Assembly: GCA_963842085.1 (NCBI GenBank)
Contig: CAWJET010000001.1
Coordinates: 3,008,001-3,072,000, forward strand
From: an uncultured delta proteobacterium
Lineage (GTDB): Bacteria; Desulfobacterota; Binatia; Binatales; Binataceae
Length of the DNA stretch: 64,000 bases
Direction of reading: 5' to 3'
In this document: piece after piece, positions 36,122-45,603 of the stretch
Position numbering within the stretch: the first letter of the stretch is position 1
How the letters are laid out: each line of letters begins with the position of its first letter
The notes under the pieces: generated by a model
The model's input: the letters and a program-made list of their open reading frames with translations, nothing else
Told to the model about the DNA's origin: nothing
Database searches by the model: none
Translations under genes and position numbers: made by a program

Positions 36122-36169
36122 CTGTTAACCGTCATGTCGCTGGTTCGAATCCGGCCCGAGGAGCCACTC
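36122..36169 (+). repeat. att core, distal copy (3' half of tRNA-Asn)
   Basis: ctgttaaccgtcatgtcgctggttcgaatccggcccgaggagccactc. Confidence 0.9.
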
Positions 36170-36267
36170 TTAGAGTGGCTAATACCAAGGCTTTTTCATC
36201 GAGCTCGAATGACGGCCAGCACATCCACCTGTTGCCGTAGGTTGTTGCGAGCGGACTGCTCGCCCGG

Positions 36268-36453
36268 CTACTCGCGAATTCGCAGAGCTTTCGAAGGACA
36301 GGCCGCCACTGTGGTCCGCACCTCTGCCTCGCTCGCTGCGCCGGGATCGATAACGAATTTGCCGTTCTCGATCTTGAAGACCTGCGGCAAAGTCTTCACG
36401 CAATTTCCTGAGTGGATGCAGATCTTTGAGTCCCAGATTACTTGCAAAGCCAT
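36268..36453 (-). CDS. Small Fe-S (Fer4_19/YjdI-like) ferredoxin
   Basis: WDSKICIHSGNCVKTLPQVF...ACPSKAL. Confidence 0.8.
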   Translation of the reverse strand: MALQVIWDSKICIHSGNCVKTLPQVFKIENGKFVIDPGAASEAEVRTTVAACPSKALRIRE

Positions 36454-36557
36454 CGTCCTTGACCTCCGAGGCAGCATTTATCGCGCCGACGACGGTCCGT
36501 CCGGCGCAGCCACCATATTTCGTTTCGCACGGCGGAAGGAATCCAAAATGCCGCAAG

Positions 36558-37823
36558 CTAGATGACTTTCTCTGCCTCCAGGCGCCGCATCTCTTCGTCA
36601 CTGATGCCGAGCAGTCCTTGGTAGACGCGCCGGTTGTCGTGGCCTACTCTCACGCAGCCGCGCCAGATCTTCCCTGGGGTCCGCGAGAACTTGGGAATTA
36701 CTCCGATTCCTTTCACGCGCCCTACCAAGTCGTCGTCCCATTCCGTGTGTACATCGCGCGCCTTGTAGTGGGGATCCTCGGCCAAGTCCTTGCTGTTCAT
36801 GATCGGGGTACAGGCAACTTCTGCGTCGTTCATCAGTTTGACGACTTCGGCGACACTCCGTTCACATACCCATCCGCGGAAGATGGCGTCGAACTCGATT
36901 CCTTCCATCGACTCGACTTCAAACTGTGCCTTGCGCCACTTGGGATCGTTGCTGTCCAACCCCACCACCCGCAGTACGCGCTCGAACACCGGCCAACTCA
37001 CGGCACCGATGGCCACCCATCCATCAGTTGCGGCAAAAGTGTCATAGGGTTGGAAGGCGGTTGCCTTGTTGCCTGAGCGTTCCCGAATCACCTGCTTGTG
37101 AAAATACTCAATCATCGTGCCGCCCAGGGTATGATGGATTGCCTCGAATTGCGCGACATCGATTACCTGGCCCTGGCCCGTGGAGCGCGCGTAGAGCAGG
37201 CCCGCCATCGCCATGCCGAAACACATGTACGCGGTAAGGTAGTCTCCGGTCCACGGAGCGGCGCGCGTGGGTGGATTATCCGGGAATCCGGTCTGGTTCA
37301 TCATGCCGCCGAACGCCTGGCCAATAAAATCGTAGGAAGCACGACCAATGTAGCCGGGCGCGCCCGTTTGGCCGTAGCCCGACACGTGAGCAATCACCAG
37401 GCGGCGGTTCGCCTTCTGGAGAGCGAGATCGTCGAGATTCCACTTTCGATAGGTCCCCGGCTTGGAACTCTCCATCAAAAGATCCGCGCGGCTCACCAGG
37501 CGCAGAAAGATCTCACGCCCTCGCGCCTTAGACAGGTCCAGACTGATACAAAAGACGTTGCGCCGCTCCTGAATCCACGTGGCTGAAACTGGCGGGCCCC
37601 CGTCGCGAGCCTCGAGGCGGACGCCGATGGTCCTCCACGCGGCGTCACCTTCGCCCGGTTGCTCGATCTGCAGGACTTCAGCTCCGAGTTCGGCTGCCAG
37701 CTCGGCCGCGAACGGTTGCGCGACAATTCTGCCGGTCGAGATGATTCTCACTCCCTGCAGAGGCCCAAACGGTTCCCCCACCAATGTCTCCTGTCCCATT
37801 ATTGCTTCGGCCTCCCGGTTCAT
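36558..37823 (-). CDS. CaiB/BaiF family III CoA-transferase
   Basis: GPLQGVRI, ELGAEVLQIE, SGYGQTG, GDY active-site Asp. Confidence 0.9.
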   Translation of the reverse strand: MNREAEAIMGQETLVGEPFGPLQGVRIISTGRIVAQPFAAELAAELGAEVLQIEQPGEGDAAWRTIGVRLEARDGGPPVSATWIQERRNVFCISLDLSKARGREIFLRLVSRADLLMESSKPGTYRKWNLDDLALQKANRRLVIAHVSGYGQTGAPGYIGRASYDFIGQAFGGMMNQTGFPDNPPTRAAPWTGDYLTAYMCFGMAMAGLLYARSTGQGQVIDVAQFEAIHHTLGGTMIEYFHKQVIRERSGNKATAFQPYDTFAATDGWVAIGAVSWPVFERVLRVVGLDSNDPKWRKAQFEVESMEGIEFDAIFRGWVCERSVAEVVKLMNDAEVACTPIMNSKDLAEDPHYKARDVHTEWDDDLVGRVKGIGVIPKFSRTPGKIWRGCVRVGHDNRRVYQGLLGISDEEMRRLEAEKVI

Positions 37824-37859
37824 GATGCTCGGCCACGAGGATTACTCGGGCGCCCACAC

Positions 37860-40340
37860 CTATCCGCTTGACGATTTTTTCTGCGTTCCCCTGTCGCGAC
37901 TACGCGCGGCCAGACGTTCAAAGATGCGCAAGGGCGTAATCGGCAATTCACCAAGTTCGATACCCAGCGGCGACAGCGCGTCGTTGATCGCATTGGCGAC
38001 CGCCGCCGGCGCGCCAATCGTGCCAGATTCACCTACTCCGCGGAATCCGCCCAGCGAAGTCGGCGATGGAATATCCAGATGGCAGACCTCGATAGGCGGG
38101 ATATCGGTCGCCGTCGCAACTAGATAATCCATCAGGCTTCCCGTAATCAGTTGACCGCTCGGATCATAAACGACTTCCTCGAGCAGCGCCCCTCCAAGTC
38201 CCTGCGCCACACCGCCGCAGACCTGCCCGTCGACAATGAGAGGGTTGATCATCCGCCCGCAATCATCAGCCACGACATAACGCAAAACTGTTATGCGGAA
38301 GGTATCTGGATCGACTTCGACGACGGCGCCGTGAGTGGCGTAGCTCGCGGTGCCGTAATACGGATCGTAAAAGCAAGTCGCCTCGAGGCCCGGTTCCATT
38401 CCCTTCGGCAACCTTTTGAGCCCTGCGTACGCGGCCTTCGCGATTTCCTTTAGGCCGGCGCGCGGCCCCGTACGGTCGCCGATCACCGGCCGCGGCTCCG
38501 TGGCGCTGCTCATGGGCGATGCCGTCTCGAGGAGATGCGCCGCTATCCTCCGTACCTTTTCTCCGACAGCACGCGAGGCCATGATCGCGGCCCCGCCTCC
38601 CATCACAGCGCCGCGGCTTGCATAACTGCCGGTCCCGTATGGCGCAACGTCGGTATCGCCCCATAAGACCCTCACCTCTTCGAGCGCGACTCCCAACTCT
38701 TCGGCCACGATCTGACCGAGAGTCGTTTCCAGACCCTGACCGTGTGCGGCAACTCCAAAGATTGCGGTTATCGTTCCCGATGGGTCGACCCGCACAGTGG
38801 CGGCCTCCGTGCCGGCAGGGAGCTGCATGCCGGGAGCGGCGGACGTAGCCGAGCCGATTCCCGTGAGCTCGACGAACGACGCGAAGCCAATCCCTACCAG
38901 CCGTCCCCGCTGACGCGCTTGCGCCTGCTGTTCGCGCCACATGACGTAATCGAGCAGGTCTCTCGCCTTGAGGAGTGAGCCCGCGAAGTCGGCCAGGTCC
39001 CAAACGATCCCGGTCGGCGCCTTGTACGGGAACTCGCCGATGCGGATGTAGTTGCGCAGGCGGATCTCGATCGGATCGATTCCGAGGCGGCGCGCAGCGC
39101 GCTCGATCAACCCCTCCATCACGAAGGTCGAGATAGGACGACCCACACCTCTATACGGGCCGGTCGGAGCCTTGCACGTCGCAACCGCGCGGGCGCGCGC
39201 CCAATAGTTCGGCACGTGATACGGTCCGGGGAGAAAGCTCACCGTCTGCACGGGCTCGATACCCGCCGTCCACGGATAGACGGAGTAGGCGCCGACATCG
39301 GCGAGCACCTCGGCTTTGAGTTCAACGATCACCCCGTCACGCTTGACGGTAAGCTCGGCGTCGATGACCTCATCCCACGCCTGCGAGGTCGCCATCAGAT
39401 CCTCACGCCGGTCGCCGGTCCACTTGACCGGCCGGCAAAGCATCCGGGCGAGCGCGCAAATCGTGACTTCCTCGGGATAGACGGACGACTTGGCGCCGAA
39501 TCCGCCGCCCACGTCAATCGAGATGACCCGGACCCGGTGCTCAGCCATCCCCAATAACTCCGCCACCGCCGTACGCACCACCCCTGGGCATTGGGTTGTC
39601 GAGTGGAGCGTGAGCGAGTCTTCGGCGGGATTGAACTCAGCAATGTAGCTTCGCGGCTCGATGCATACGGCCGCATGGCGGCGGAACCTGAAACGATCGC
39701 GGAGCGTGAGCGTCCCAGCGGCATCGGGGCCCGCAGGGGGACTTGGCTCATGGTCAACGGCGTCTGCGCGCGACAGGCAGGATATTGCGGAGCCGTGTGA
39801 AAACTCACGCGAGAGCAGCACGTTGCTTTCCGCTGCTTCGTGCACGAGCGGAGCCTCGGGCTCAGCGGCCTCTTCAACATTGAAAACAGGCCCGAGCGGT
39901 TCGTAATCGATGCCAATTAGTTCCGCGGCGTCCTCGGCGATGTAACGAGTTTGCGCAACGACTGCTGCGACTGCCTCACCCACGTAGCGTACCTTGGCGA
40001 CCGCGAGCACGGGCCAGTCGGTCACCCGATAGCCGGGTGTGGTCGAGATCGCTCGCATCGGCTGCACAGACCGCGCAAGCTCCTCTCCTGTCACGACCGC
40101 AACCACGCCAGAGACGGCGCAAGCCTGAACGGTGTCGATCTGAACTATCCGCGCGTGAGCGTACGGTGCCCTCAAGAAGGCCACGTGAAGCAGACCTGGC
40201 GGCCGGTAGTCGTCGGTGAAGGAGCCGCGCCCGGTCAGAAGACGGCGATCCTCGACCCGCTTTACCCGTGCGCCAACCAGCTCGGCGCGTTGCGAATCGA
40301 GAGAAGGATGTATTGACTCAGACACGCCGCTTCTCGACAC
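37860..40340 (-). CDS. Xanthine dehydrogenase/CoxL-family molybdopterin large subunit
   Basis: RVEDRRLLTGRG, DVGGGFGAK, PYRGVGRP, HGQGLETT, GQVCGG, GVGESG. Confidence 0.9.
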   Translation of the reverse strand: MSRSGVSESIHPSLDSQRAELVGARVKRVEDRRLLTGRGSFTDDYRPPGLLHVAFLRAPYAHARIVQIDTVQACAVSGVVAVVTGEELARSVQPMRAISTTPGYRVTDWPVLAVAKVRYVGEAVAAVVAQTRYIAEDAAELIGIDYEPLGPVFNVEEAAEPEAPLVHEAAESNVLLSREFSHGSAISCLSRADAVDHEPSPPAGPDAAGTLTLRDRFRFRRHAAVCIEPRSYIAEFNPAEDSLTLHSTTQCPGVVRTAVAELLGMAEHRVRVISIDVGGGFGAKSSVYPEEVTICALARMLCRPVKWTGDRREDLMATSQAWDEVIDAELTVKRDGVIVELKAEVLADVGAYSVYPWTAGIEPVQTVSFLPGPYHVPNYWARARAVATCKAPTGPYRGVGRPISTFVMEGLIERAARRLGIDPIEIRLRNYIRIGEFPYKAPTGIVWDLADFAGSLLKARDLLDYVMWREQQAQARQRGRLVGIGFASFVELTGIGSATSAAPGMQLPAGTEAATVRVDPSGTITAIFGVAAHGQGLETTLGQIVAEELGVALEEVRVLWGDTDVAPYGTGSYASRGAVMGGGAAIMASRAVGEKVRRIAAHLLETASPMSSATEPRPVIGDRTGPRAGLKEIAKAAYAGLKRLPKGMEPGLEATCFYDPYYGTASYATHGAVVEVDPDTFRITVLRYVVADDCGRMINPLIVDGQVCGGVAQGLGGALLEEVVYDPSGQLITGSLMDYLVATATDIPPIEVCHLDIPSPTSLGGFRGVGESGTIGAPAAVANAINDALSPLGIELGELPITPLRIFERLAARSRDRGTQKKSSSG

Positions 40341-40378
40341 CTTCAGTAATCACCGCTCATCCAGGGGCAGACTCTATC

Positions 40379-40861
40379 TCAACGGGAGGGCCGAAGACGG
40401 GTGGCCGCTGCGTCAACCGCCTCTACGATGCTCTGGTAGCCGGTGCATCGGCATAAGACCGCCGATAGCGCGTGTCGGATTTCCTCTTCATTAGGGGACT
40501 GGGTCGTGCGCAGCAGATCCAGTGCGACAATCAGCATGCCCGGTGTGCAAAATCCGCATTGCAGCGCATGATGTTCCCAGAATGCCTGCTGCAACGGGTG
40601 CAGCTTGCCCTCGTGGGCAAGACCCTCGACGGTGAGCAATTCCGCGTCGTTGGCCTGCACCGCGAGCATCAGGCAGGAACGCACGGCCTCGCCGTTGAAC
40701 AAGATGGTGCACGCGCCGCATATCCCGTGTTCGCAGCCCGTATGGGTGCCGGTCAGGCCGAGGTCGTCGCGGATAAAGTCGACGAGTAGCCGGCGCGGCT
40801 CGGCCCATCCCTCGCGCAGTTCGCCGTTGACTTTCAGCTGGATCTTTCTGTGCTCCGCCAT
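40379..40861 (-). CDS. 2Fe-2S small subunit (CoxS/HmfC-like)
   Basis: GCEHGICGACT, QCGFCTPG, LCRCTGY. Confidence 0.93.
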   Translation of the reverse strand: MAEHRKIQLKVNGELREGWAEPRRLLVDFIRDDLGLTGTHTGCEHGICGACTILFNGEAVRSCLMLAVQANDAELLTVEGLAHEGKLHPLQQAFWEHHALQCGFCTPGMLIVALDLLRTTQSPNEEEIRHALSAVLCRCTGYQSIVEAVDAAATRLRPSR

Positions 40862-41731
40862 CTACCTTCCCCCGGCGCGATCAGTGGCGCGCACGAGGGC
40901 GCGTCGCGTCAGTACGCGCGTAAGATGCCGTCGAAAGTCGGCGGAGGCGTGAAGGTCGCCCGCTGGGTCGACGATTTCCGCCGCGCTTGCGGCCGCATTA
41001 TTGATAGCCTGCTCGCTGAGTCCTTCGCGTTCAAGAATTTCCTCCGCCGCCCGCAGTCTCATCGGAATCGGTCCGACCCCGGCGGCGGCGAGTCTCGCCG
41101 CCCGGCATCGAGCGCCGTCTACTACCACCATGGCGGCGACCGCTACAATCGCGAAGTCACCATGGCGGCGGCTGAATTCCTCAAATGCCCAACCGCTGTT
41201 GGGAGGTGCGTCCTGGAGCCGCACCTCGACGAGGATCTCATCGGGACCGAGCGCGGTGCTCATGACTCCCTGGAAGAAGTCATGCGCGCGAACGACCCGG
41301 TCACCCAGAGATCCTCGAATCACTAATTCTCCGTCCAGCGCAGTGATAACAGTCGGATACTCCGCGGCTGGATCGGCATGGGCGAGGCTGCCCCCGATAG
41401 TGCCCCTGGTGCGCGTCGGAAGATGCCCCACCAGGCGTGTTGCCTCGGCCAGCAGCGGCAGACGCTGGAGTACCACCGGAGAAAATTCGATCGCGCGCTG
41501 GCGGAGCATCGAGCCGAATCGGAGCGTGCCGTTTTCTTGCCTGAGGTACGACAGTTCGGCCACCCGATTCAGGTCTATGAGCGCGGCCGGGGCGCTCAGG
41601 CGGAAGTTCAGCAACGCGATCAGGCTCTGGCCGCCAGCCAGGATTTTCGCTTCCGGGCCGTAGCGCCGTAGCAACTCGAGCGCCTCGTCGACCGTGGTAG
41701 GATCGTGATACTCGAATGGCGAAGGTTTCAT
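40862..41731 (-). CDS. FAD-binding medium subunit (CoxM/HmfB-like)
   Basis: MKPSPFEY, AGGQSL, GTIGGSLAHADP, RRHGDFA. Confidence 0.93.
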   Translation of the reverse strand: MKPSPFEYHDPTTVDEALELLRRYGPEAKILAGGQSLIALLNFRLSAPAALIDLNRVAELSYLRQENGTLRFGSMLRQRAIEFSPVVLQRLPLLAEATRLVGHLPTRTRGTIGGSLAHADPAAEYPTVITALDGELVIRGSLGDRVVRAHDFFQGVMSTALGPDEILVEVRLQDAPPNSGWAFEEFSRRHGDFAIVAVAAMVVVDGARCRAARLAAAGVGPIPMRLRAAEEILEREGLSEQAINNAAASAAEIVDPAGDLHASADFRRHLTRVLTRRALVRATDRAGGR

Positions 41732-44154
41732 CGCGCAGTTTCCCGCGAGGCTTCCATGAGATGCCATAGCCGGCTCGGGGTGATGGGCAATTCGTCGATC
41801 TGGATACCCAGCGGTTTCAGTGCGTCACTGACGGCGTTGGCGAGCACCGCGGGCACAGTCATCGAGCTGGCCTCGCCAAGTCCTTTCGCGCCGAGCGTGG
41901 TAAACGGCGATGGCGACTCCATGTGTGCGATCTCGATGGTCGGGGCCTCGCTGGCAGTAGGGACCAGGTAGTCCATAAAGCTGCCGGTCAGCAACTGGCC
42001 TTGCTCATCATAGACGAGCTCTTCGTAAAGCGCTCCGCCCAGTCCGTGTAGCGCGCCGCCGTAAATTTGGCCTTTCACGATCATGGGATTGATGATGGTC
42101 CCGGCGTCGTGCACCGTCGCGTACCGCAAAATCTTGATCGCCGCGGTTTCAGGATCAATTTCCACCGCCATCACTTCCGCGATGAAGCCGTAGGTGTTCG
42201 ACGCATTTACCCGGTCCTGCAGGTCGGGCGCCTTTGACTCGGGGAACGCGAACACCGCCGTCGCTTCGAGCGACGGCTCCATTCCTTTTGGGAACGAATC
42301 CGGGTTCCAGTGCGCCTGCCCGGCCAGCTCTCGCAGCGAAAGTGGGCGGCCTTGGCCCGATTGCGTGCGCACCATGCCGGCGCTGTAGTTCAGGCTCTCT
42401 CTGGGAACTTCCATCAGGCGGGAAGCGTAGTCTATGAGCTTCTCTTTGAGTTTCCGTGCGGCCAGCGCCGCGGCGCTGGTGCCGACGGATGCGAAGCGGC
42501 TCGAGTAGGTGCCCGATGACACACTCCACAGCCTGGTGAAGGTGTCCATGTCGTCGATCACCGCAATCTCCTCCGGAGCGATCGCCAGTTCGTCGGCGAC
42601 CACTTGCGCTACCACCGTCCGATGGCCCTGGCCCTGAGGTGCGGAGCCCATGACCACCGTCACCTTGCCGAGCGGACCGACTTTGACTGTCGCCGACTCG
42701 AGCGCCCCAGACTTGGGATGATAATCGGGACGGCCGCGCACTTCGGGATCGAGTGCCACCGTTATGTAGCCCATGTTCGATACGGATGGATCGACGGCTA
42801 CCGCGAGGCCGATCCCAAACAGCCGCCCCTGGGTGCGTGCGCGAACCTGCTCCTCCCGCAATTCATCGTAACGTGCGGTCTCGATCGCCTTTTCGAATGC
42901 CAGTGGGTAATTGCCGGAATCGTACAGTCCGCCGGTCGGTGTGCGATATGGGAATTCGTCGGCTTGGATGAAATTCCGTCGCCGCACTTCCGCCGGATCC
43001 ATCGCGAGCTTCTCCGCCAGCAGGTCAACCATACGCTCCATTTCAAAGTACAGGTGCCCGCACCCGTATCCCCGGTTCGGCCCGGTCAGACTCTTGTTCG
43101 TCATGACCACCGAAGCGTCCGCCTCAAGATTCTGGAATCGGTACGGGCCAACCCAGTTGCTGATCGGGCGGAACGCGCATCCGGGCTCGGGGCTGCGTAT
43201 ATAGGCGCCGACGTTGTCGAGCCATCGCGAGCGCATCGCCAGGATCGTCCCGTCCTTGCGCGCCGCAAGTTCCCTGTACGCGATGCGGTCGGTCCCGCTC
43301 GAAGATGCCATCAGATGCTCGCGTCGATCTTCGAGCCAGCGGACCGGGACTCCCGTGTTCATTGCTGCCAGGCCAATCAGCGCGATGTAAGGGTAGACAC
43401 CGGTCTTGATCCCGAAGCTGCCACCGATGTCAGGCGGAGCTACGAAGCGCAACCGGTTCTCGGCAAGATTGAGCGCGCGCGCCACAATCGAGTGCATTAC
43501 GAACGGGCCCATGAAATTCGACCACACGCTGAGCACCCCGGTGGTCGGTTCATAGGACGCAATCACGCCGTAGGTTTCAATCGGTGTAGAAGAGTACTTC
43601 GGAAAGCGGAAGCGCCCGCGGATCACGACATCGGCCTCCAAGAAGGCGCGCTCGGGATCGCCGTAACGCAGCTTGCGATGACACGCCAGGTTGGAGCCAA
43701 CTGCCTCGTGAAGCAGCGGCGCACCGGACTGCAGCGCAAGCTCCGGATCCACCACCGCCTCGAGCGGTTCATATTCAACCTCGATGAGATCCAGCGCGTC
43801 TTCGGCCAAATAGCGGTCTCGTGCCACTACTACGGCTACTGGTTCGCCGACATAGCGGACCTTGTCGACCGCCATGCAGTAGTACTTGACGGAAGCTTCC
43901 ACGCCGACCGCGAAGGGACCTGTCAGGCGGGCGGCGTCGGCACCGGTTACGATTCCCAGTACGCCCGGCGCGCGCAATGCTTGCGCAGTATCAACGTTGC
44001 GAATCCGCGCGTGTGCGTGCGGGCTTCGCAAAATCGCGGCGTGACACAAGTTCGAAAAGGGAAGGTCGGCCACAAACGAGCCGCACCCCGTCAGGAGGGT
44101 TGGGTCCTCCGTTCGCTTGAGCGGCTGGCCTACCCAATTCTGCGAAGCCATCAA
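41728..44154 (-). CDS. Molybdopterin large subunit, 2-furoyl-CoA dehydrogenase (HmfA)-like
   Basis: GGSFGIK, GPNRGYG, DPSVSNMGY, QGQGH, SGTYSSRF; directly downstream of the hmfE-like gene. Confidence 0.75.
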   Translation of the reverse strand: MMASQNWVGQPLKRTEDPTLLTGCGSFVADLPFSNLCHAAILRSPHAHARIRNVDTAQALRAPGVLGIVTGADAARLTGPFAVGVEASVKYYCMAVDKVRYVGEPVAVVVARDRYLAEDALDLIEVEYEPLEAVVDPELALQSGAPLLHEAVGSNLACHRKLRYGDPERAFLEADVVIRGRFRFPKYSSTPIETYGVIASYEPTTGVLSVWSNFMGPFVMHSIVARALNLAENRLRFVAPPDIGGSFGIKTGVYPYIALIGLAAMNTGVPVRWLEDRREHLMASSSGTDRIAYRELAARKDGTILAMRSRWLDNVGAYIRSPEPGCAFRPISNWVGPYRFQNLEADASVVMTNKSLTGPNRGYGCGHLYFEMERMVDLLAEKLAMDPAEVRRRNFIQADEFPYRTPTGGLYDSGNYPLAFEKAIETARYDELREEQVRARTQGRLFGIGLAVAVDPSVSNMGYITVALDPEVRGRPDYHPKSGALESATVKVGPLGKVTVVMGSAPQGQGHRTVVAQVVADELAIAPEEIAVIDDMDTFTRLWSVSSGTYSSRFASVGTSAAALAARKLKEKLIDYASRLMEVPRESLNYSAGMVRTQSGQGRPLSLRELAGQAHWNPDSFPKGMEPSLEATAVFAFPESKAPDLQDRVNASNTYGFIAEVMAVEIDPETAAIKILRYATVHDAGTIINPMIVKGQIYGGALHGLGGALYEELVYDEQGQLLTGSFMDYLVPTASEAPTIEIAHMESPSPFTTLGAKGLGEASSMTVPAVLANAVSDALKPLGIQIDELPITPSRLWHLMEASRETAR

Positions 44155-44960
44155 CGCCCCTCAAACTTGGGCTTGCGCCGTTGCTTGAAAGACTCGACGC
44201 CCTCAGCGAAATCGTAGGTGCCGCGCAGCCGGCCGTAAGCTTGGCCCTCGAGCTCTATTCCAGCGTGCAACGTGGCGTCCTGCGCGGCGTTGATCACGCT
44301 CTTGGCAGTTCGCTGAGCAAGCGGCGAGAAAAACTTGAGTTCCTCGACCAGGCTCGCGACCGCCCCATCGAGTTGGTCGTCCGGAACCACCGATACCGCG
44401 ATGCCCCAAGCGAATGCTTCCTCACCCGAGATCCGCCGCGAGCGCATCACGATGTCCTTTGCGCGACCGATGCCGATCATGTGGAGCAGACGAGCCGACC
44501 CGCCTGAACCGGGAATCATCCCGATCCGCTGCTCCGGGAAGCCCAGCAAGGCTGACTGCGTGACGATTCGGAAATCGCACGCGAGCGCCAGTTCAAACGC
44601 AACTCCAAAGCAGTAGCCGCGAATAGCCCCGATCACCGGCTTGTGGCAACGCTCGGGAGCGGCCACGTTTCGCGCAAGCTCGGAGAGCCGCTCGGGGGTC
44701 TGGGTCATGAAACCGGGGATATCGCCGCCGCTGGAAAAGTTCTCGCCCGCTCCGCGGAGCACTATCACGCGCAACGCGGGATCGCCGTCCAGCTCGGCAA
44801 AGACCGCGGAGAGCTGGTCGCGCTGCCTCATCGTTATTACGTTCAAGGGCGGATTTTCGAGCACGATGTCGGCCCTTTGTTTTTCCGCGTCGATTTCCAC
44901 GCGAAAGCCGTCCAGGGACTCGAGCAGCTCCGGCAGTGTCGTTGAAAATCGTTGAGCCAC
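44151..44960 (-). CDS. Crotonase-family protein, 2-oxoglutaroyl-CoA hydrolase (HmfE)-like
   Basis: LDGFRVEID...RADIVL..PPLNVITMRQRDQL, FSSGG, PGSGGSARL, KDIVMRSRRISG, SPLAQRTAK, IELEG; recalled similarity to HmfE; GTG start after ggaggt. Confidence 0.75.
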   Translation of the reverse strand: MAQRFSTTLPELLESLDGFRVEIDAEKQRADIVLENPPLNVITMRQRDQLSAVFAELDGDPALRVIVLRGAGENFSSGGDIPGFMTQTPERLSELARNVAAPERCHKPVIGAIRGYCFGVAFELALACDFRIVTQSALLGFPEQRIGMIPGSGGSARLLHMIGIGRAKDIVMRSRRISGEEAFAWGIAVSVVPDDQLDGAVASLVEELKFFSPLAQRTAKSVINAAQDATLHAGIELEGQAYGRLRGTYDFAEGVESFKQRRKPKFEGR

Positions 44961-45146
44961 GGCTTTTCTCACCTCCGTCTGCGGTTCACGTCTCGCCGTT
45001 GGCGGCCCCCCACCGATGTAAGACTGCTGTTCAGTGCGAGTCTGAATCAGGATTCAAAATGGAAATACCGCTTGAACCGGAATTTCCGCTTTGACTTAAG
45101 AGCGGCAAATGAAAGCGTCGCGCTTCGACGCTTTTCGATTGCCTGA

Positions 45147-45497
45147 CTACCCTAGCGCACCCCACTTTTTCCAAGTGTCCATGGGTCCGTGATCGGGAGT
45201 CGTCATCTTCTGATAGTTCGGGCTAGTAGGATTGTTGCACCATCCCAGCCCGGTGACAGTAATCGTCTTTCCGTCCGATGAGATTCGTCGCGGCCCGCCC
45301 CAGAATTCGCAGGTACCACAGTGTTTGCTCATTCCGGTCGACATCACATAGCCGTCCGCTTCGCCGTGACCCATCGCCCCCATGGACTCCTGCCCCCGCG
45401 CAATCGAACCCAGGGTTGCCGAGGCGAGTACGGATCCGACAACCACGGCTGTGCTCTTGACCAGGAAGCCTCTGCGATTCACATTGACTTCGTTCAT
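45147..45497 (-). CDS. Tat-exported small HiPIP-like protein
   Basis: NRRGFL Tat signal; CGTCEFW...GWC; only three Cys. Confidence 0.55.
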   Translation of the reverse strand: MNEVNVNRRGFLVKSTAVVVGSVLASATLGSIARGQESMGAMGHGEADGYVMSTGMSKHCGTCEFWGGPRRISSDGKTITVTGLGWCNNPTSPNYQKMTTPDHGPMDTWKKWGALG

Positions 45498-45603
45498 TTT
45501 CTCTTCCTCCATTGTCGTCGCGTGGGCGACTATATTACTGTTAGCGCGAAACTTAAAGTGAAGACCGGCTGCCAAGCCGCGTTGGAAAGCCTCAGAAGAG
45601 GAA

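Larger units (their letters stand above)
5667..36169. mobile_element. Integrative mobilizable element (~30.4 kb) inserted in tRNA-Asn
   Basis: 48-bp direct repeat of the tRNA 3' half at both ends; integrase, xis, MOBF relaxase and T4CP inside. Confidence 0.9.

Noticed and set aside
36122-36169. Second tRNA-Asn gene
   Set aside because: Only the 3' half is present, with no acceptor 5' strand or D-arm; it is the att duplication
5667-36169. Self-transmissible ICE or prophage
   Set aside because: No VirB4 or other mating-pore genes apart from a pilin; no phage structural genes
37860-44154. Aerobic CO dehydrogenase (form I coxL)
   Set aside because: Active-site loops read PYRGVGR and PNRGYG, not AYxCSFR; no cox accessory genes
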